A stretch of DNA of 64,000 nt from Octopus sinensis (GCF_006345805.1 NC_043000.1:682001-746000); one strand, 5' to 3'; shown: positions 25,224 to 38,605, counted from the first letter of the stretch. Notes: generated by a model not told the origin, from the sequence alone. Made by a program: numbers and translations.

Positions 25224-25712
25224 AATAGGCACATACATCACAGTGGAGGCGCAATGGCCCAGTGGTTAGGGCAGCGGACTCGCGGTCGTAGGATCGCGGT
25301 TTCGATTGTGAGTGTTTATTGAGCGAAAACACCTAAAGCTCCACGATGCTCCGGCAGGGGATGGTGGTGATCCCTGCTGTACTCTTTCACCACAACTTTC
25401 TCTCACTCTTACTTCCTGTTTCTGTTGTACCTGTATTTCAAAGGGCCAGCCTTGTCACTCTCTGTGTCACGCTGAATATCTCCGAGAACTACGTTAAGGG
25501 TACACGTGTCTGTGGAATGCTCAGCCACTTACACGTTAATTTCACGAGCAAGCTGTTCCGTTGATTCGGATCAACCGGAACCCTCGTCGTCGTAACCGAC
25601 GGAGTGCTTCCATGTGCGCGACACGGGGATCTCATATCAATATAGACAGCACATGACCTTGCAGATGGGGCCCAGTTAGAATTTTCTTCTGTTCGAGTAA
25701 CCCATCGAAAGG
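25224..25712 (-). mobile_element. Family D fragment interrupted by a C1 SINE
   Basis: ggcacatacatcaca on the left continues as tgtgcgcgacac..ggggcccagttagaattttc on the right. Confidence 0.7.
25243..25612 (+). mobile_element. Family C1 (OR1-like) SINE
   Basis: Full head and tail, small deletion after the B box. Confidence 0.9.
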
Positions 25713-25854
25713 AAAACCGTGTAAACTGTTTCCTTGACCACTTAGGCAAGTGTTTCTTCTCCCTTTTACTCCTCTAAGAAGCGCTTGCACAGAGCAGGTC
25801 CGTTCACACGAACCAAGCTCGCCACCATCGTTCACCTTTCAATAAATTAAAACC

Positions 25855-25889
<35 letters not shown>

Positions 25890-26320
25890 GCCAAGTTGGC
25901 AGAATCGTTAGCACACCGGGTAAAATGCTTAGCGGTATTTCGTCCGTCTTTAAGTTCTGAGTTCAAATTTAGCCGAGGTCAACTTTCTTTTTCAATTTCT
26001 CGGGGTCAATGAAATAAGTACCAGTCGAGTACTGGGGTCGATGTAAACGACTATCCCATTTTCCCAAATTTCAGGCCTTGTGCCTATAGTAAAAAGGATT
26101 ATTAAGGCGGTGAGATGGCAGAATCGTTACCGTGCCGAGCAAAATGAATACCAGCATTTCGTCCGTCCATATGTTCTGCGTTCAAACTTCGCTGAGGTCA
26201 ACTTACATTTTATTCCTTCGGGGTCGATAAACTGAGTAGAAGTTAAGCACTGGGGTCAACATAACCCACTTACACTCTCCCTCAAAATTGCTGGCCTTTT
26301 GCTAAATTGTGAAACCGTTA
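25890..26320 (+). mobile_element. Two family A SINEs in tandem
   Basis: Heads at ~25890 and ~26105. Confidence 0.85.
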
Positions 26321-26337
26321 TTATTATTATTATTATT

Positions 26338-26733
26338 GAGTGAGAGATCAGTGCATGCCATCAAAGTGACACTAGGTTAAAGTATAAGAAGCCCAGTATA
26401 CCCATCATGACTACCCGTCTGATAAGGGTACACTAGGCACATGCATCACAACCAAATGTACGCGACATGGTGATCTCATATCAAGACAAAAAGCGCATGA
26501 CCTTCTGGTCGAGTAGCCCATCTTGCTCAAAAGGTCCCTGAATAAGGGTTGTTTAAGGATGTTGAACGAAACACCCATGTTTCCAAAGGTGAATTATCCA
26601 AACCTCCAAGAATTCCTTTCAACACACGGCTATGATGCTCCCCCACTACTTCTGCTCGTGGTCAGAGATGCATATATCATCAGCCACCAAGGGACATGCT
26701 CAACTGGTTAAGGTCAAACAACTGACAAGCAAA
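26338..26733 (-). mobile_element. Family D (AAT)n-tailed retroposon, 5'-truncated
   Basis: gagtgagagatcagtgcatgccatcaaagtgacact...; (TAT)n on both sides. Confidence 0.85.
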
Positions 26734-26754
26734 TTATTATTATTATTATTATTA

Positions 26755-26810
<56 letters not shown>

Positions 26811-26811
<1 letters not shown>

Positions 26812-27015
26812 GGCGGCGAGTAGAATCGTTAGGTCGTCGGGCGAAATGTTTATCGGTATTTCGTCCGTCTTCATGTTCTCAGATCAAAGTCCGCCGAGGT
26901 CGACTTTGCCTTTCATTTTTTCGGGGTTGATAAAATAAGTACCAGTTGAGAACTGAAGTTGATGCAATCGACTTACCCCTTCTCCCAAAATGGGTGCCCT
27001 TGTGCCAAAATTTGA
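26811..27015 (+). mobile_element. Family A SINE
   Basis: aaggcggcgag..tagaatcgttagg..gccgaggtcgactttgcc. Confidence 0.85.
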
Positions 27016-27024
27016 AATCATTAT

Positions 27025-27125
27025 TATTAGTAGTATTTACGTTATTGTTGCCTTGTTTTATATGAGCTGTTCCAAGTTTCATCCAGAGACCTCAACTGAC
27101 AAAATGTTGGATGTCTTGATATGGG
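27025..27125 (-). mobile_element. R4/Dong-like LINE 3' UTR remnant
   Basis: Minus strand ttgaggtctctggatgaaacttggaac resembles the 42450-42480 UTR ttgaggtctctgggtgagacttggagc; ends in taataataat. Confidence 0.45.
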
Positions 27126-27454
27126 TGTTATATATGATTAGAACTGAAATAGTGTATGTGAAAGAGGCAAGAATCTAGGAATAAAGATTCTGCTAAATTT
27201 GTAATATTTCAGTTTTGATAGAGTTTAAAGAGAATCAGGTTTTTCAATTTAGCAAATTTTTTTTTTTTTTAGGGTGTGGGCAGTTCTCATGAAAACAATC
27301 TTTTGAAGGTCTGATGCCTTAAATTTCCTACAGGTATCTGACTACGGTGTTTAAGAACGCATTTGGCAATTGACTCATTCAAGAATTGGTAGTAACATAC
27401 TACTTATTCCATGATGTCAACTGAGAAACTATCTTGCGATTATACGGAAGTCTT

Positions 27455-27660
27455 CTGCTGGCAGAATCGTTAGCACGCTGACCAGAATGCCTAACAGTAT
27501 TTCGTCTGTCTCAGGTTCTGAGTTCAAATTCTGCCAAGGTTGTCTTTGCCTTTCAACCTTTCGGAAGTGATAAATTAAGTACCAGTTGAACACTGGGGTC
27601 GATGAAATCGACTTAGTCCCACCCTGAAACTGTTGTCATTGTGCCAAAATTTGAGACCAT
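27455..27660 (+). mobile_element. Family A SINE
   Basis: ctggcagaatcgttagcacg... Confidence 0.85.
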
Positions 27661-28280
27661 GCTATTAATTAATAACAAATTCTGCTATCATCTTCAGAAA
27701 CGAAATAGAACACATCGATTCCTTCTGTAATTAGAAGGCCTTCATACGTTTGCAAGGGTATTTTCAGTTGTCTATATAATGGCATAAATAGTACGTTGTT
27801 ATGAATTTTCGTACGAGACAAAGTGAATCTCTGAAGTATAACTTTCAATTCACGAACCGCAAACACCGAAACTAAAAGCTATAAATACACTTAGTCCATA
27901 AAATGGTAAGTTGGCTAAAGTAAGACTAATACAAAATGCAAGGTTCGAATTCAGAAAAACTTCCTTGATTCCTCCACACAAGACTGCCAAAGGTAGCTGT
28001 TAAAAAATATTCATAGCACCTGTGGAAGCTACAGAATCTCCTGAAGATTCAACCATTTCTATTGAAATTGTAATGGCATGAACTTTCCTGCTATGAACTT
28101 TGCGTTGCGTGCTCAAATCTCTCCGAAGTTAATTTCGCCTGTTGTCTCTCTGCCCCCGCCCCTCAAAAAAAAAGCTATCAGTGAAATACTGGGGTCGGTA
28201 GTATCAATTAATCCCCTCTCCTGAAAAATTGTTGTCCTCGTGCCTAAATCAGAAACTAATATGTCTTGAAATGACCACAT

Positions 28281-28435
28281 GCTGGAGTGGCTGTGGTAAG
28301 AAGCTTACTTCCCTACTACATGATTCTGGGTTCAATCCCACAGCATGGCACCTTGGACAATTTCCTTCTGCTATAGGCTCAGGCCGACCAAAGCCTTGTG
28401 AGTGGATTTGGTGGGCGGAAACTGAAAGAAACCCG

Positions 28436-28491
<56 letters not shown>

Positions 28492-28698
28492 GTGTATTTG
28501 TGTCTTTGTCTCTGTGTTTGTTCCACCATTACTGCTTAACAACTGGTGTTGGTGTGCTTACATCCCCGTTTCTTAGAATAAGTACCATGCTGAAAAAGAA
28601 ATTAAGTGTCTGGGTCGATTTTTTTCGATTAAAACCCTTCAAGGTGGTGCTCCAGCATGGCCGCAGCCACATGACTGAAAAAAGTAAAAGAATAAGAA
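28281..28698 (+). mobile_element. Family B SINE
   Basis: Head, internal TA/TG tract, tail. Confidence 0.88.
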
Positions 28699-29005
28699 TC
28701 TGTGTATGTGTATGTGTGTGAGTATGTATGTATGATTTTATTATGTATGAATGTATGTGTGTGTATGTATGTATGTATGTATGTATGTATGTATGTATGT
28801 ATGTATGTATGTATGTATGTATGTATGTATGTATGTATGGGTTTCTTTAATATGCGTGAACACCTGATAATGTATGCACAACCCCCGGAACGTTTTACCT
28901 GATTGCATACATACATTCATACACCCCGCCACACACACACATATATACATGTATGTATGTATGTTGGTATGTATATATGTTTGTTTGTATGCATGTATGT
29001 GTGTC

Positions 29006-29068
<63 letters not shown>

Positions 29069-29385
29069 TTATGAATCACTAAATTTTGTAATTCCATAAT
29101 TCCATTCCTTCAAAATCCATTTGTAACACAAAGACTCAAGTAATTTTCTATTGTATCTCATCCATCCCTTTCCCACCTACTTTCTCACTCTCTCTCTCTC
29201 TCTGTGCGTCTCTCACTTCTTGTCATCTACTCCCCACCTCTCCCTATTTTTATTTCTCCTTCTGCCCTACTCCAACTCCTTTATTTAGCTGGTAATTCTG
29301 AGTAGCATTTCATAGAATCTATTACGTAACTAATGTACAAATAAACTCAGCTGTTCGCTTCTTCTGTTCATTAAATATATTTCAG

Positions 29386-29412
29386 ATTTTGAAATCCTTT
29401 CCGATTCTCAAG
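29386..29412 (+). CDS. Candidate 27-nt symmetric micro-exon (FEILSDSQ in the phase-1 frame)
   Basis: cttcttctgttcattaaatatatttcag|...CAAG|gtaaca; upstream actaat. Confidence 0.45.
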
Positions 29413-29863
29413 GTAACATTCCCAGCTGCCGCTGTCATTTAATCTAGAATGTTCAGGATATTTCTAATACTTCAACTAACCCCAGTTGAGATAAGGCACA
29501 CATATCTCTTGGCCTCTTATCGATTTTCTATTACACTTTAAACTACCAGCTATTTCTGTCGTGTTTCTGCAGTGTTGCGAATGCGTATGGTAATTTCGTG
29601 CCTATAAACGCACATATGCATATATAAATTACTGCATGTAGTCCTGTATGTATGCATTTAAGTGTACGTGATTGTGCGTGTATGTTAATGCTGTTAGCTT
29701 CATTTGTCTGAAAAATCCATTGCTAACTCAAAGAATCAAAGCTGTTCTAAGTATGTTTGTACATTTGTACGTGTTTAGGTAGGCTTGTGTATATATTTGT
29801 GAGAACGAATGTTATGTTTAAAAGCATATTTACGCATCTGTCTACTTCTCCATCTATCTATCC

Positions 29864-29956
<93 letters not shown>

Positions 29957-30169
29957 CTTGTTTGCATATATGTCTCAAAGTTTCCACCTATAAATCTCTA
30001 TTTATACGTGTTTCTTTTTCTAGATTATCTAGATTAACACAATCCTGATGGAAGGAAATTTGGTGGTTTGCAAAAAAGCCCACCTCTAAATGGTCTTGTT
30101 ATCTGTTTTTTAAAGACATTTTTTGTATAAAATTAATAGTTTTTAATTCTGGAATACGTTTATTCATGT

Positions 30170-30385
30170 CGGCAAGCTGGCAGAAACGATAGTACGCCGA
30201 GCGAAATGCTTAGCAGTATTTCGTCTGTCTTTACATTCTGAGTTCGAATTCCGCCGAGGTCGACTTTGCCTTTCATCCTTTTGGGTCCGATAAATTTAAG
30301 TACCGGTTGCGTACTGGGGTCGACCTAATCGACTGGCCCCCTCCCCCAACATTTTTGGGCCTTGTGCCTGGAGTAGAAAAGAATA
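30170..30385 (+). mobile_element. Family A SINE
   Basis: Full match. Confidence 0.88.
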
Positions 30386-30404
30386 GATTTTTCATATATT
30401 GTAA

Positions 30405-31060
30405 CGGCGTGGTTAGCAGTTTGCTTCCCAACCACATGGTTCAGAGTTCAATCCTACTTCGTGGCGTCCTGGGCAAGTATCTTCTACTATAACTGCGGGC
30501 TGATCAAAACCTTCTGAGTGGAAACTGAAAGAAGAGCGCCGTATGTCTTTTATCTTATCTTTCACTTTTTTCAGTCATTAGACTACTGCCATGCTGGGGC
30601 ACCACCTTGAAGAATTTTAGCAGAATGGATCGACCTCAGTATTTGCTTTTAAGCTGGTACTTATTCTATCAAACTCTTTTGCTGAACCGCTAATTTACGG
30701 GTACCAATATTGGGTGTCAAACAGTGGTAGTGGAACAAAAACATAAACATACACACAAATACGGCAGGCTTCTTTTAGTTTTCGTCTACCAAATTGACTC
30801 ACAGGTCTATGGTCAGCCCGTGGGTATAGAAAAAACACTTGGGTAAGGTGTTGGGAAGCAAGTTTCTTACCACAAAGTCACACCTGCGCCTATGTATATG
30901 TGTGTGTATATGTGTGTGTATGTGTATGTGTGTGTGTGTGTGTGCGTGTGTTTCTTTGTGTCTATCCCTCACCACCGCTTGGAAAACGGTGTTGGTGTGT
31001 TTACGTCGCAGTAACTTACCGGTTCGGCAAAAGAGACTAATAGAATAAGTACCAAGCTAA
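30405..31060. mobile_element. Nested family B fragments (+ head, - copy, + tail)
   Basis: 30405-30545 +, 30555-30890 -, 30940-31060 +. Confidence 0.7.
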
Positions 31061-31229
31061 AGAAAAAGCAAAAAACATGAAATGAACTATTTTTTAAAAA
31101 AACACTACAATCGTTTCGACACGCTTTTACACTCGTAACATATTGGTTATCTCCATCATCCACCTGAGGTAAAATGCACCTCCTCAGGTGGTTGTTTTGA
31201 ATAGTCCCTTCGTAAGTATGTATGTGTGC

Positions 31230-31260
<31 letters not shown>

Positions 31261-31978
31261 ATGTGTGTGTGTGTGTGTGTGTGTATACATGTGTGAGTGT
31301 GTGTATGATTGTTTTGTGTGTGTGTGGGGGGGGGGTTGTGTGTGTGCGCACGATCCTTTGTAATTTATGTAGATTACAGGGTCGGAAGTCAAATAGTGAC
31401 TAGATTGACAGTTCCATAGTTTGTCTGGAGCCGAAGTGAGAAAATCCGCTCAGTCCCTCTCTTACTGAGTTCCATCATCTTTAGCAGAAAATTTCGCCCG
31501 GCAAAGCCAACACCATGCCCTCTAGCCCCATTTAGCCCTTTCCCTGCTAGAAAAAAAGGTAAAAGCCTCCCTCAGAAAGAGTTCCTGATTCTGCAAGACG
31601 TATTTGATGGAGTGTTGTGATGTCCATTCCAAATTTTAGAAGTTCATTGTTAATCACTGCTTCTCTTCGTGTATCACTGATGTTCAGGAGGTAATATGAC
31701 AGTCTAGTGATCGTATTCTATACATTCCAGGATTATAGAGTGAATGTTGGTTTTCTCTTGCTTTCTGACTCTTGGTGCATTTTTAGCATCTGTACTTCAG
31801 ACTACTTGTATCTCTAAGTCCTACGTATCCTATGCATTGAGGCGCACTGACTGTGGCGAGATAGCACCTAATTTGATGGTTTCTGCTCTATGTTTAAGAG
31901 ATGAGGAATTATGTACATTATGTACATTATTTACATTATTTACGTTTGACGGATATTTGTCCTCATCTTGTTTCTTGT

Positions 31979-32024
31979 AACACAATGTTTCGGCTTATAT
32001 ACCCCCCAGTCTTCATCAGGTGTC
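31979..32024 (-). ncRNA. Minimal type I hammerhead (family E), slightly decayed
   Basis: gacac CTGATGA a gact..gcc GAAAC ATT gtgtt. Confidence 0.6.
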
Positions 32025-32082
32025 TTGGGGAAATTTCGAACCTGGGTTCTCATTCCAAAGGTATTTTTTGATGTTGTTGTTG

Positions 32083-32127
<45 letters not shown>

Positions 32128-32482
32128 TATATTATTATTATTATTATTATTATTATTATCATCATCATTATTATTGTTGCTGTTGTTGTTATTGTTGTTA
32201 TTGTTGTTCAGGTCACTGCTTGGAATCGAACTCGGAATCTTGGGTTTAGTAGCCCGCGCACTTAACCTGGGTTCTCATTCCAAATGTATTTTTCGATGTT
32301 GTTGTTGTTATTGTTATTATTATTATTATCATCATTATTATTGTAGCTGTTGTTGTTATTGTTGTTCAGGTCACTGCTTGGAATCGAACTCGGAATCTTG
32401 GGTTTTATAGCCCGCGCTCTTAACCCCTACGCCATATGGCCGTGGGCTTAGGAATGAGAACCTAGGTTCGAAATTTCCCCAA

Positions 32483-32529
32483 GACACCTGATGAAGGCTT
32501 GGAGGGTATATAAGCCGAAACATTGTGTT
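32483..32529 (+). ncRNA. Minimal type I hammerhead (family E)
   Basis: gacac CTGATGA a ggctt-ggagggtatat-aagcc GAAAC ATT gtgtt; G-to-A change breaks the ACGT palindrome. Confidence 0.65.
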
Positions 32530-33399
32530 GACAACAAACAAGATGAGGACAAATATCCGTCGAACGTAAATAATGTAAATAATGTAAATAATGTTGGGGG
32601 TTTCTGTTCAGCTTGAGGCGGGCGGTAGCTGTCTGGTGAGTCAGGATGGCCCCTCCCTTCCTTGAAGCAAGTACTGAAAACATACTCGTCCACAGTGTCC
32701 CTTTTTAAGATTATAGGGTGTGATTTGAGGTAGAGTAGGTGGCTATTTCTAGCCTGACAAAAATCACATAGAGGTTCCCACTTTGGTACACACTTTTAAC
32801 TATATAATTCAGAATACGTACATAAACAGGTGCACAAAATTCTCATTTCACTAATCAATGATATAATTATTTCAGTCACTTAATCAATCAATCGATGATG
32901 GAGATCTAATCAATAAATACAGATCTATTTTCCTAGACATTGATCACACGGATATAGAGTTGGTTGCAAAACAAAGCTAGGAGACTTACGAGTATATCTT
33001 ATCGCAAGCAGCAAAAGTATGTTAGTAAACCTATAACAAGTTTTCAAAATAATTAACAATATTATTAAAGCTATCTTAACTATCTCTTCCATTCAAACAC
33101 TGCGTTACACTTTCTTGGACGAGTCCGCAGTTAACGTGTATAACTTCTATATCTACGTTCTTTATATTGATTTGTTATATTTTTGTTTTGTTGTTGTTTA
33201 CCTTAGCTACAGGGCGAGTATTCATTGTAACACTGTGCGAATGTTCATTGTGAAAGATAATAATAATTCTTCTGCGCTCTTTTCATGAATTTCATACAAA
33301 AGAGGCTTATGCTTTCCTAATAGATATTTCTTTTTGTATATCTACCTTATGTTTTTTTTGGGCGTTTTCTGGATATATCCTTGATATATCTCTTAATCT

Positions 33400-33402
<3 letters not shown>

Positions 33403-33490
<88 letters not shown>

Positions 33491-33525
33491 GTATATATAT
33501 ATATGTATATGTATATATACATATA

Positions 33526-33592
<67 letters not shown>

Positions 33593-33640
33593 CACGTATA
33601 TATATATATATAATATATATATATATATAATATATATACA
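33403..33640. repeat. (TA)n microsatellite with TG interruptions
   Basis: Direct inspection. Confidence 0.9.
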
Positions 33641-33645
33641 TGCAT

Positions 33646-33678
<33 letters not shown>

Positions 33679-33958
33679 GATATTATAGATATATAGCAGA
33701 GAAAGAAAGAGAGAAAGAATGGCCTGTATGTATGTATGTAGATATACATTGTATGGTGTATTGTATAAGCGAATTGTTTGAAGCCGTCGTTACGCAGTGT
33801 TACCCCCAAAATTCTATAGATACAGTATGTTGTATAGTACATTATAAGAGTGAAACAAAATACTATTAACATACCAGTTACCTATCTCTGTGTGTATACA
33901 TATGTATGTATGTGTATATATGCATGCATGTATATATTATGTACATTATGTGTGTGTG

Positions 33959-34018
<60 letters not shown>

Positions 34019-34339
34019 TTCTTATATTCTTGTACATGATATTCATGCCTGAATTGATGAGATGCTATTTTAATAACTCAAGCATTGCCAACGTATTTCT
34101 GATCCGAGGGAGCAGAAAACACTGACCGCATCCTTCGATAGAGAAATTATAGAAAAATGGTTACGTAAAAAATACAATCGCACAGAAAACGTAATAAAAA
34201 AAAGATGAAAAAGAAAATAGAGTATAGAGAGTTACCCACAGGAAGATCAGGGAACCATAGAAGTAGATACATAAGTGGAAGAAGGACAAGAAAGAAATAT
34301 TTAGTAAAGAAAACAAAAGTGAGATTAATTCTTTTCGAC

Positions 34340-35175
34340 TCTAGGCACATGACCCGAAATTTTGGAATCGATTACATCGACCATAGTACGCAATTGGTAC
34401 TTACTTTATCGACCCCGACAGGATGAAAGGCAAAGTTGACCTCGGCGGAATTTGAAGTCAGAACGTAAAGACAGACGAAATAATAATAATAAAATAAATG
34501 CGCCCTTTTAAAGCATAGCCAGGCTCATGCGCCCGGTTTCCCGGTTTCTATGGCGTATGTGTTCCCCAGCTGGACGTGACGCTAGTCCATCGCAGCGTTA
34601 CTCATTTTTGCCAGCTGAATGGACTGGAGCAACGTGAAATGAAGGGTTTTGCTCAAGAACACAACGCGTCGCCCGGTCCAGGAATCGAAACCACAATCTT
34701 ACGATCATGGTGCTGACACCCTAACCACTAAGCCACGCGCCTACACAAAGACAGACGAAACACCTATTTCTATTTCTTTACTACCCAAAAGGTAGAAGAC
34801 AAACACGGACAGACAAATGGATTAAGTCGATTATATCTACCCCAGTGCGTAACTGGTTCTTATTTAATTGACCCCGAAAGGATGAAAGCAAAGTCGACCT
34901 CGGCGGAATTTGAACTCAGAACGTAGCCGCAGACAAAATATCTATTTCTTTACTAACCACAAGGGGCTAAGCACTGAGAGGACAAACAAGGACAGACAAA
35001 CGGATTAAGTCGATTATATCGACCCAAGTGCGTAACTGGTACTTAATTTATCGACTCCGAAAGGATGAAAGGCAAAGTCGACCTCGGCGGAATTTGAACT
35101 CACAACGTAACGGCAGACGAAATACGGCTATGCATTTCGCCCGGCGTGCTAACGGTTCTCCCAGCTCGCTGCCTT
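34340..35175 (-). mobile_element. Family A SINE multimer (3-4 units, one head)
   Basis: Head at ~35175; units rejoin at aaagaaatag(g)tattt. Confidence 0.88.
34481..34742 (-). mobile_element. Family C2 SINE with an alternative tail and 14-bp TSD
   Basis: TSD aaagacagacgaaa (34467-34480, 34747-34760); tail gcgatggactagcgtcacgtccag...gggcgcatttatttt. Confidence 0.85.
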
Positions 35176-35885
35176 AAAGTGAGATTGAAGAAGAAATGAG
35201 TGAAGAGTTAGTAAAGATGATAAAGCAAAAAAAAATGTGATAATAGAAAAAATGGTGGGTGATGGAATATATATGTTAATGTAAAACCAATTAGAAAGAC
35301 AGTTGGAAATAAATGAAAAGTAGATAAACTGTAAGAAGTGAAGAATGGAGGAGAAAAAATAATGATAGAAAAACGGAGAGTTAGAAATATGAGAAATAAG
35401 TAAAAAGTGTTGAAATATAAAATTGATGTAAGGGAATAAACTCGAAGGTTGAAAAAAGAAACAGAAAGAGAATAATACGCGAGAGAGAATATTTGTGTAT
35501 ACATGAGAGATAGATGGACAAGACAAAATGGCGGAGTAGACAAGCTGGTCATCTTGATGTTTTTTGCTTGTTTTTGTTGCTGTTTAACATTAGTGTTAAT
35601 TTATTAATGGATGATGTTAATGGACGACATTAAAATCTGAAGGAGACGAACACTACAGAATCCATGATGGCACTTCAGTAAACAGAACCCTGATTAATCT
35701 ATCAGCAACAGAACCGAAACAGAATCGGTTATTTTCTCACCTTAGAACGAAGAGAGCGCTGTGATAATAATGAGTGACGTATTGAATCGATCCCGTCTTA
35801 TCATTAGCTTATTTTTAACAAATAAAAATTGAGCTGAAATCGAAAGTAGAGATAAAGGGGTAATGAGAAAGATAAATGGAGAGAA

Positions 35886-35934
<49 letters not shown>

Positions 35935-36634
35935 TTGAGAAAGAAAGAGCGAGAGGGAGAAAATGAGAGATAAATGTGTTGCAATTATTTTTATTATCCG
36001 AGAAGTCAGGTGATGATGTTAGAAATTACGGGGGTGGTAAACGTGGCCACTGGAGATTTGCAAATCGGTTTTTCCTCGTCTCGTTAATGGATAAGATAAC
36101 TGTGAAATGATGCAGTGAGGGATAAGTGAATGGTAGGGGATAGGTTTGTGAAAGTGTGACGTAGAACAACGAAATGTAATAATGATAATTCTTTCTGTAG
36201 AGGTGGTAGTTGTACCGTGATTTGCTACTTGAATATATGTAGAAGGATAGAAATTGGTTGATAAAAGTAAGGAGCTGACGGTAGATGAATAAGAATGGTG
36301 GGATACAGGACATGTATTATGATGAAAAACATTTTGAAAGGTGGAGTTAGTGGAATATTGCCCAATAATGGGAGGTACGGATAGAAAGTAACAATTTGCA
36401 GTAAACATACACGTATAATGAACAAACAATAGCACAAACAATGAATGCGTTTACATCAATGAACATACAGGCTCAGCTATCCATATATCAAACGATCTAT
36501 CCAACCTTCTAGCTATTCACTCACTCACACATCAATCCATTCATCAATCCATCCGTCCATCCATCTATCCATCCATCCATCCATCCATCTATCAATCCAT
36601 CCGTCCGTCTGTCTGTCCATCAGTTTGTCTGCTG

Positions 36635-36706
<72 letters not shown>

Positions 36707-36707
<1 letters not shown>

Positions 36708-37320
36708 TAGGTCATCCCATAAGTTCTGCCCGATTTTCCCTTTTTTTAAAATTGAATGAAATTTAATAGTATTTTAGAATGTCTAATGGAATTTAAAATT
36801 ATTTTTATGCATTTGTGTTCATTTAAACTAATTAAATATTATTTTACAGAATAATAGAATTAAAATTTCTTTGATTAAAACCCTTTTTAACAAGGAAGTA
36901 TCCAAAAAGCATTTAAGGCACATAATGCTTTATGAGTACAACGATGGAAACTCTGCAGCTGAAGCGACTCGAAACATACACTCAGTTTATGGGAAAGAAT
37001 GCTTGAATGAAAGAACTTGCAGAAGATGGTTTGCAAAATTCAGAAGTTGAGGTTTCAGCCTTGGTGATGAAGATCGAACAGGACGTCCAGTTGAGTTTGA
37101 TGATAAACTCCTTGCGGCATTACTTTTGAACCAAGCTTTGTAAAAGAAAAAAGACCCGCTTTATCGGGACAATGCGCGACCCCACACTGCAAATATCACA
37201 TCACACAAGATCGAAGAGCTTCGTTGGGAAAAAATTCCTCATCCACCTTATTCTCCCGATCTTGCTCTTTCAGACTACCTTTTGTTTCGTAGTTTACAGA
37301 ATCAATTACAGAATCAATTA
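36707..37320 (+). pseudogene. Mariner remnant, internally deleted and 3'-truncated
   Basis: ta|ttaggtcatcccataagtt TIR; HLRHIMLYEY..RTCRRWFAKFRS; DNARPHT..KIPHPPYSPDLALSDYLLFRSLQN. Confidence 0.9.
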
Positions 37321-37397
37321 TGAATACCAGAGAATACTGCCTCATATATGTATATATATGTGTGTGTGTGTATTTGTGTGTGCATATATATGTATGT

Positions 37398-37566
37398 AGG
37401 AAGGCTGTGTGGTAAGTAGCTTGCTTACGAACCACATGGTTCCGGGTTCATTCCCACTGCGTGGCACCTTGGGCAAGTGTCTTCTACTATATCCTCGGGC
37501 CGACAAAAGCCTTGTGAGCGGATTTGGTAGACGGAAACTGAAAGAAGCCCGTTGTATATATGCATA

Positions 37567-37646
<80 letters not shown>

Positions 37647-37890
37647 TGTATGTATGTATGTCTGTGTGTGCGCGTATGTGTTTGTATGTCTGTGTCTGTC
37701 CCCCAATATCGCATGACAACCGATGCTGGTGTGTTTGCGTCCCCTAAACTTAGCGACTTGGCAAAAGAGACCGATAGAATAAGTACTAGGCTTCTAAAAA
37801 ATAAGTCATGGGGCCGATTTGCTCGACTGAAGGCGGTGCTCCAGCATGACCGCAGTGAAAAGACTGAAACAAGCAAAAGAATGAAGAGTG
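37398..37890 (+). mobile_element. Family B SINE with internal (TA)n(TATG)n
   Basis: Full match. Confidence 0.92.
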
Positions 37891-38024
37891 TAAGAGTACA
37901 CACCTACATACACATATTAATGTATATATGTGTGTATTTTGTGTGTATGTATGTGTGAATGTGTATGTGTATATATATGTGTGAGTATGCGTATATATAT
38001 ATATAATATATATATATATAATAT

Positions 38025-38101
<77 letters not shown>

Positions 38102-38517
38102 TATATATATATGCATATATATCTTTGTGTGTGTGTGTGTGATAAACGTGAAACGATTGAACAATTTAGGTAATACCACGCCCGTTTCGGTAGTAAATTT
38201 ATTATCAATACTTTTCGCCATACAATTTGACGTGCAACAAAATGCGAAACTATACAGGGTTGTGCAATAAGGAGTTTACGTAACATTGTCACATCTTCAG
38301 GTAATACTCCACAAGAGGTTTATAATGCCTTATGCTCCGATGACATTATTGCAGCATATCCATTCGTTCCATACTTTTTTTTAATTGTAATTACGCTACA
38401 TTAAACTTACCAACAACCATTGGATAATACAGTTCTGTATTTAAGAGATGAGGAATTATGTACATTATTTACATTGTTTACATTTGACGGATATTTGTCA
38501 TCATCTTGTTTGTTGTT

Positions 38518-38563
38518 AACACAACGTTTCGGCTCATATACCCTCCAGCCTTCATCAGGTGTC
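38518..38563 (-). ncRNA. Minimal type I hammerhead (family E)
   Basis: gacac CTGATGA a ggctg-gagggtatat-gagcc GAAAC GTT gtgtt. Confidence 0.75.
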
Positions 38564-38605
38564 TTGGGAAAAATTTCGAACCTGGGTTCTCATTTCTAAG
38601 CCCAC

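Larger units (their letters stand above)
31885..32594 (-). mobile_element. Family E copy 1: inverted hammerhead arms around a tRNA-like/(AAT)n core
   Basis: Arms 31885-32060 and 32449-32594 are inverted; tRNA-like core on the - strand, partly duplicated. Confidence 0.8.

Noticed and set aside
32613-32636. 24-nt exon LEAGGSCL with gtgagt donor
   Set aside because: Sits at the edge of element E in what looks like another repeat.
33204-35833. Minus-strand exon pair (35741-35807 and ~33204-33234)
   Set aside because: Phases are compatible, but the usable acceptor is weak and the strong acceptor gives stops; consistent with chance.
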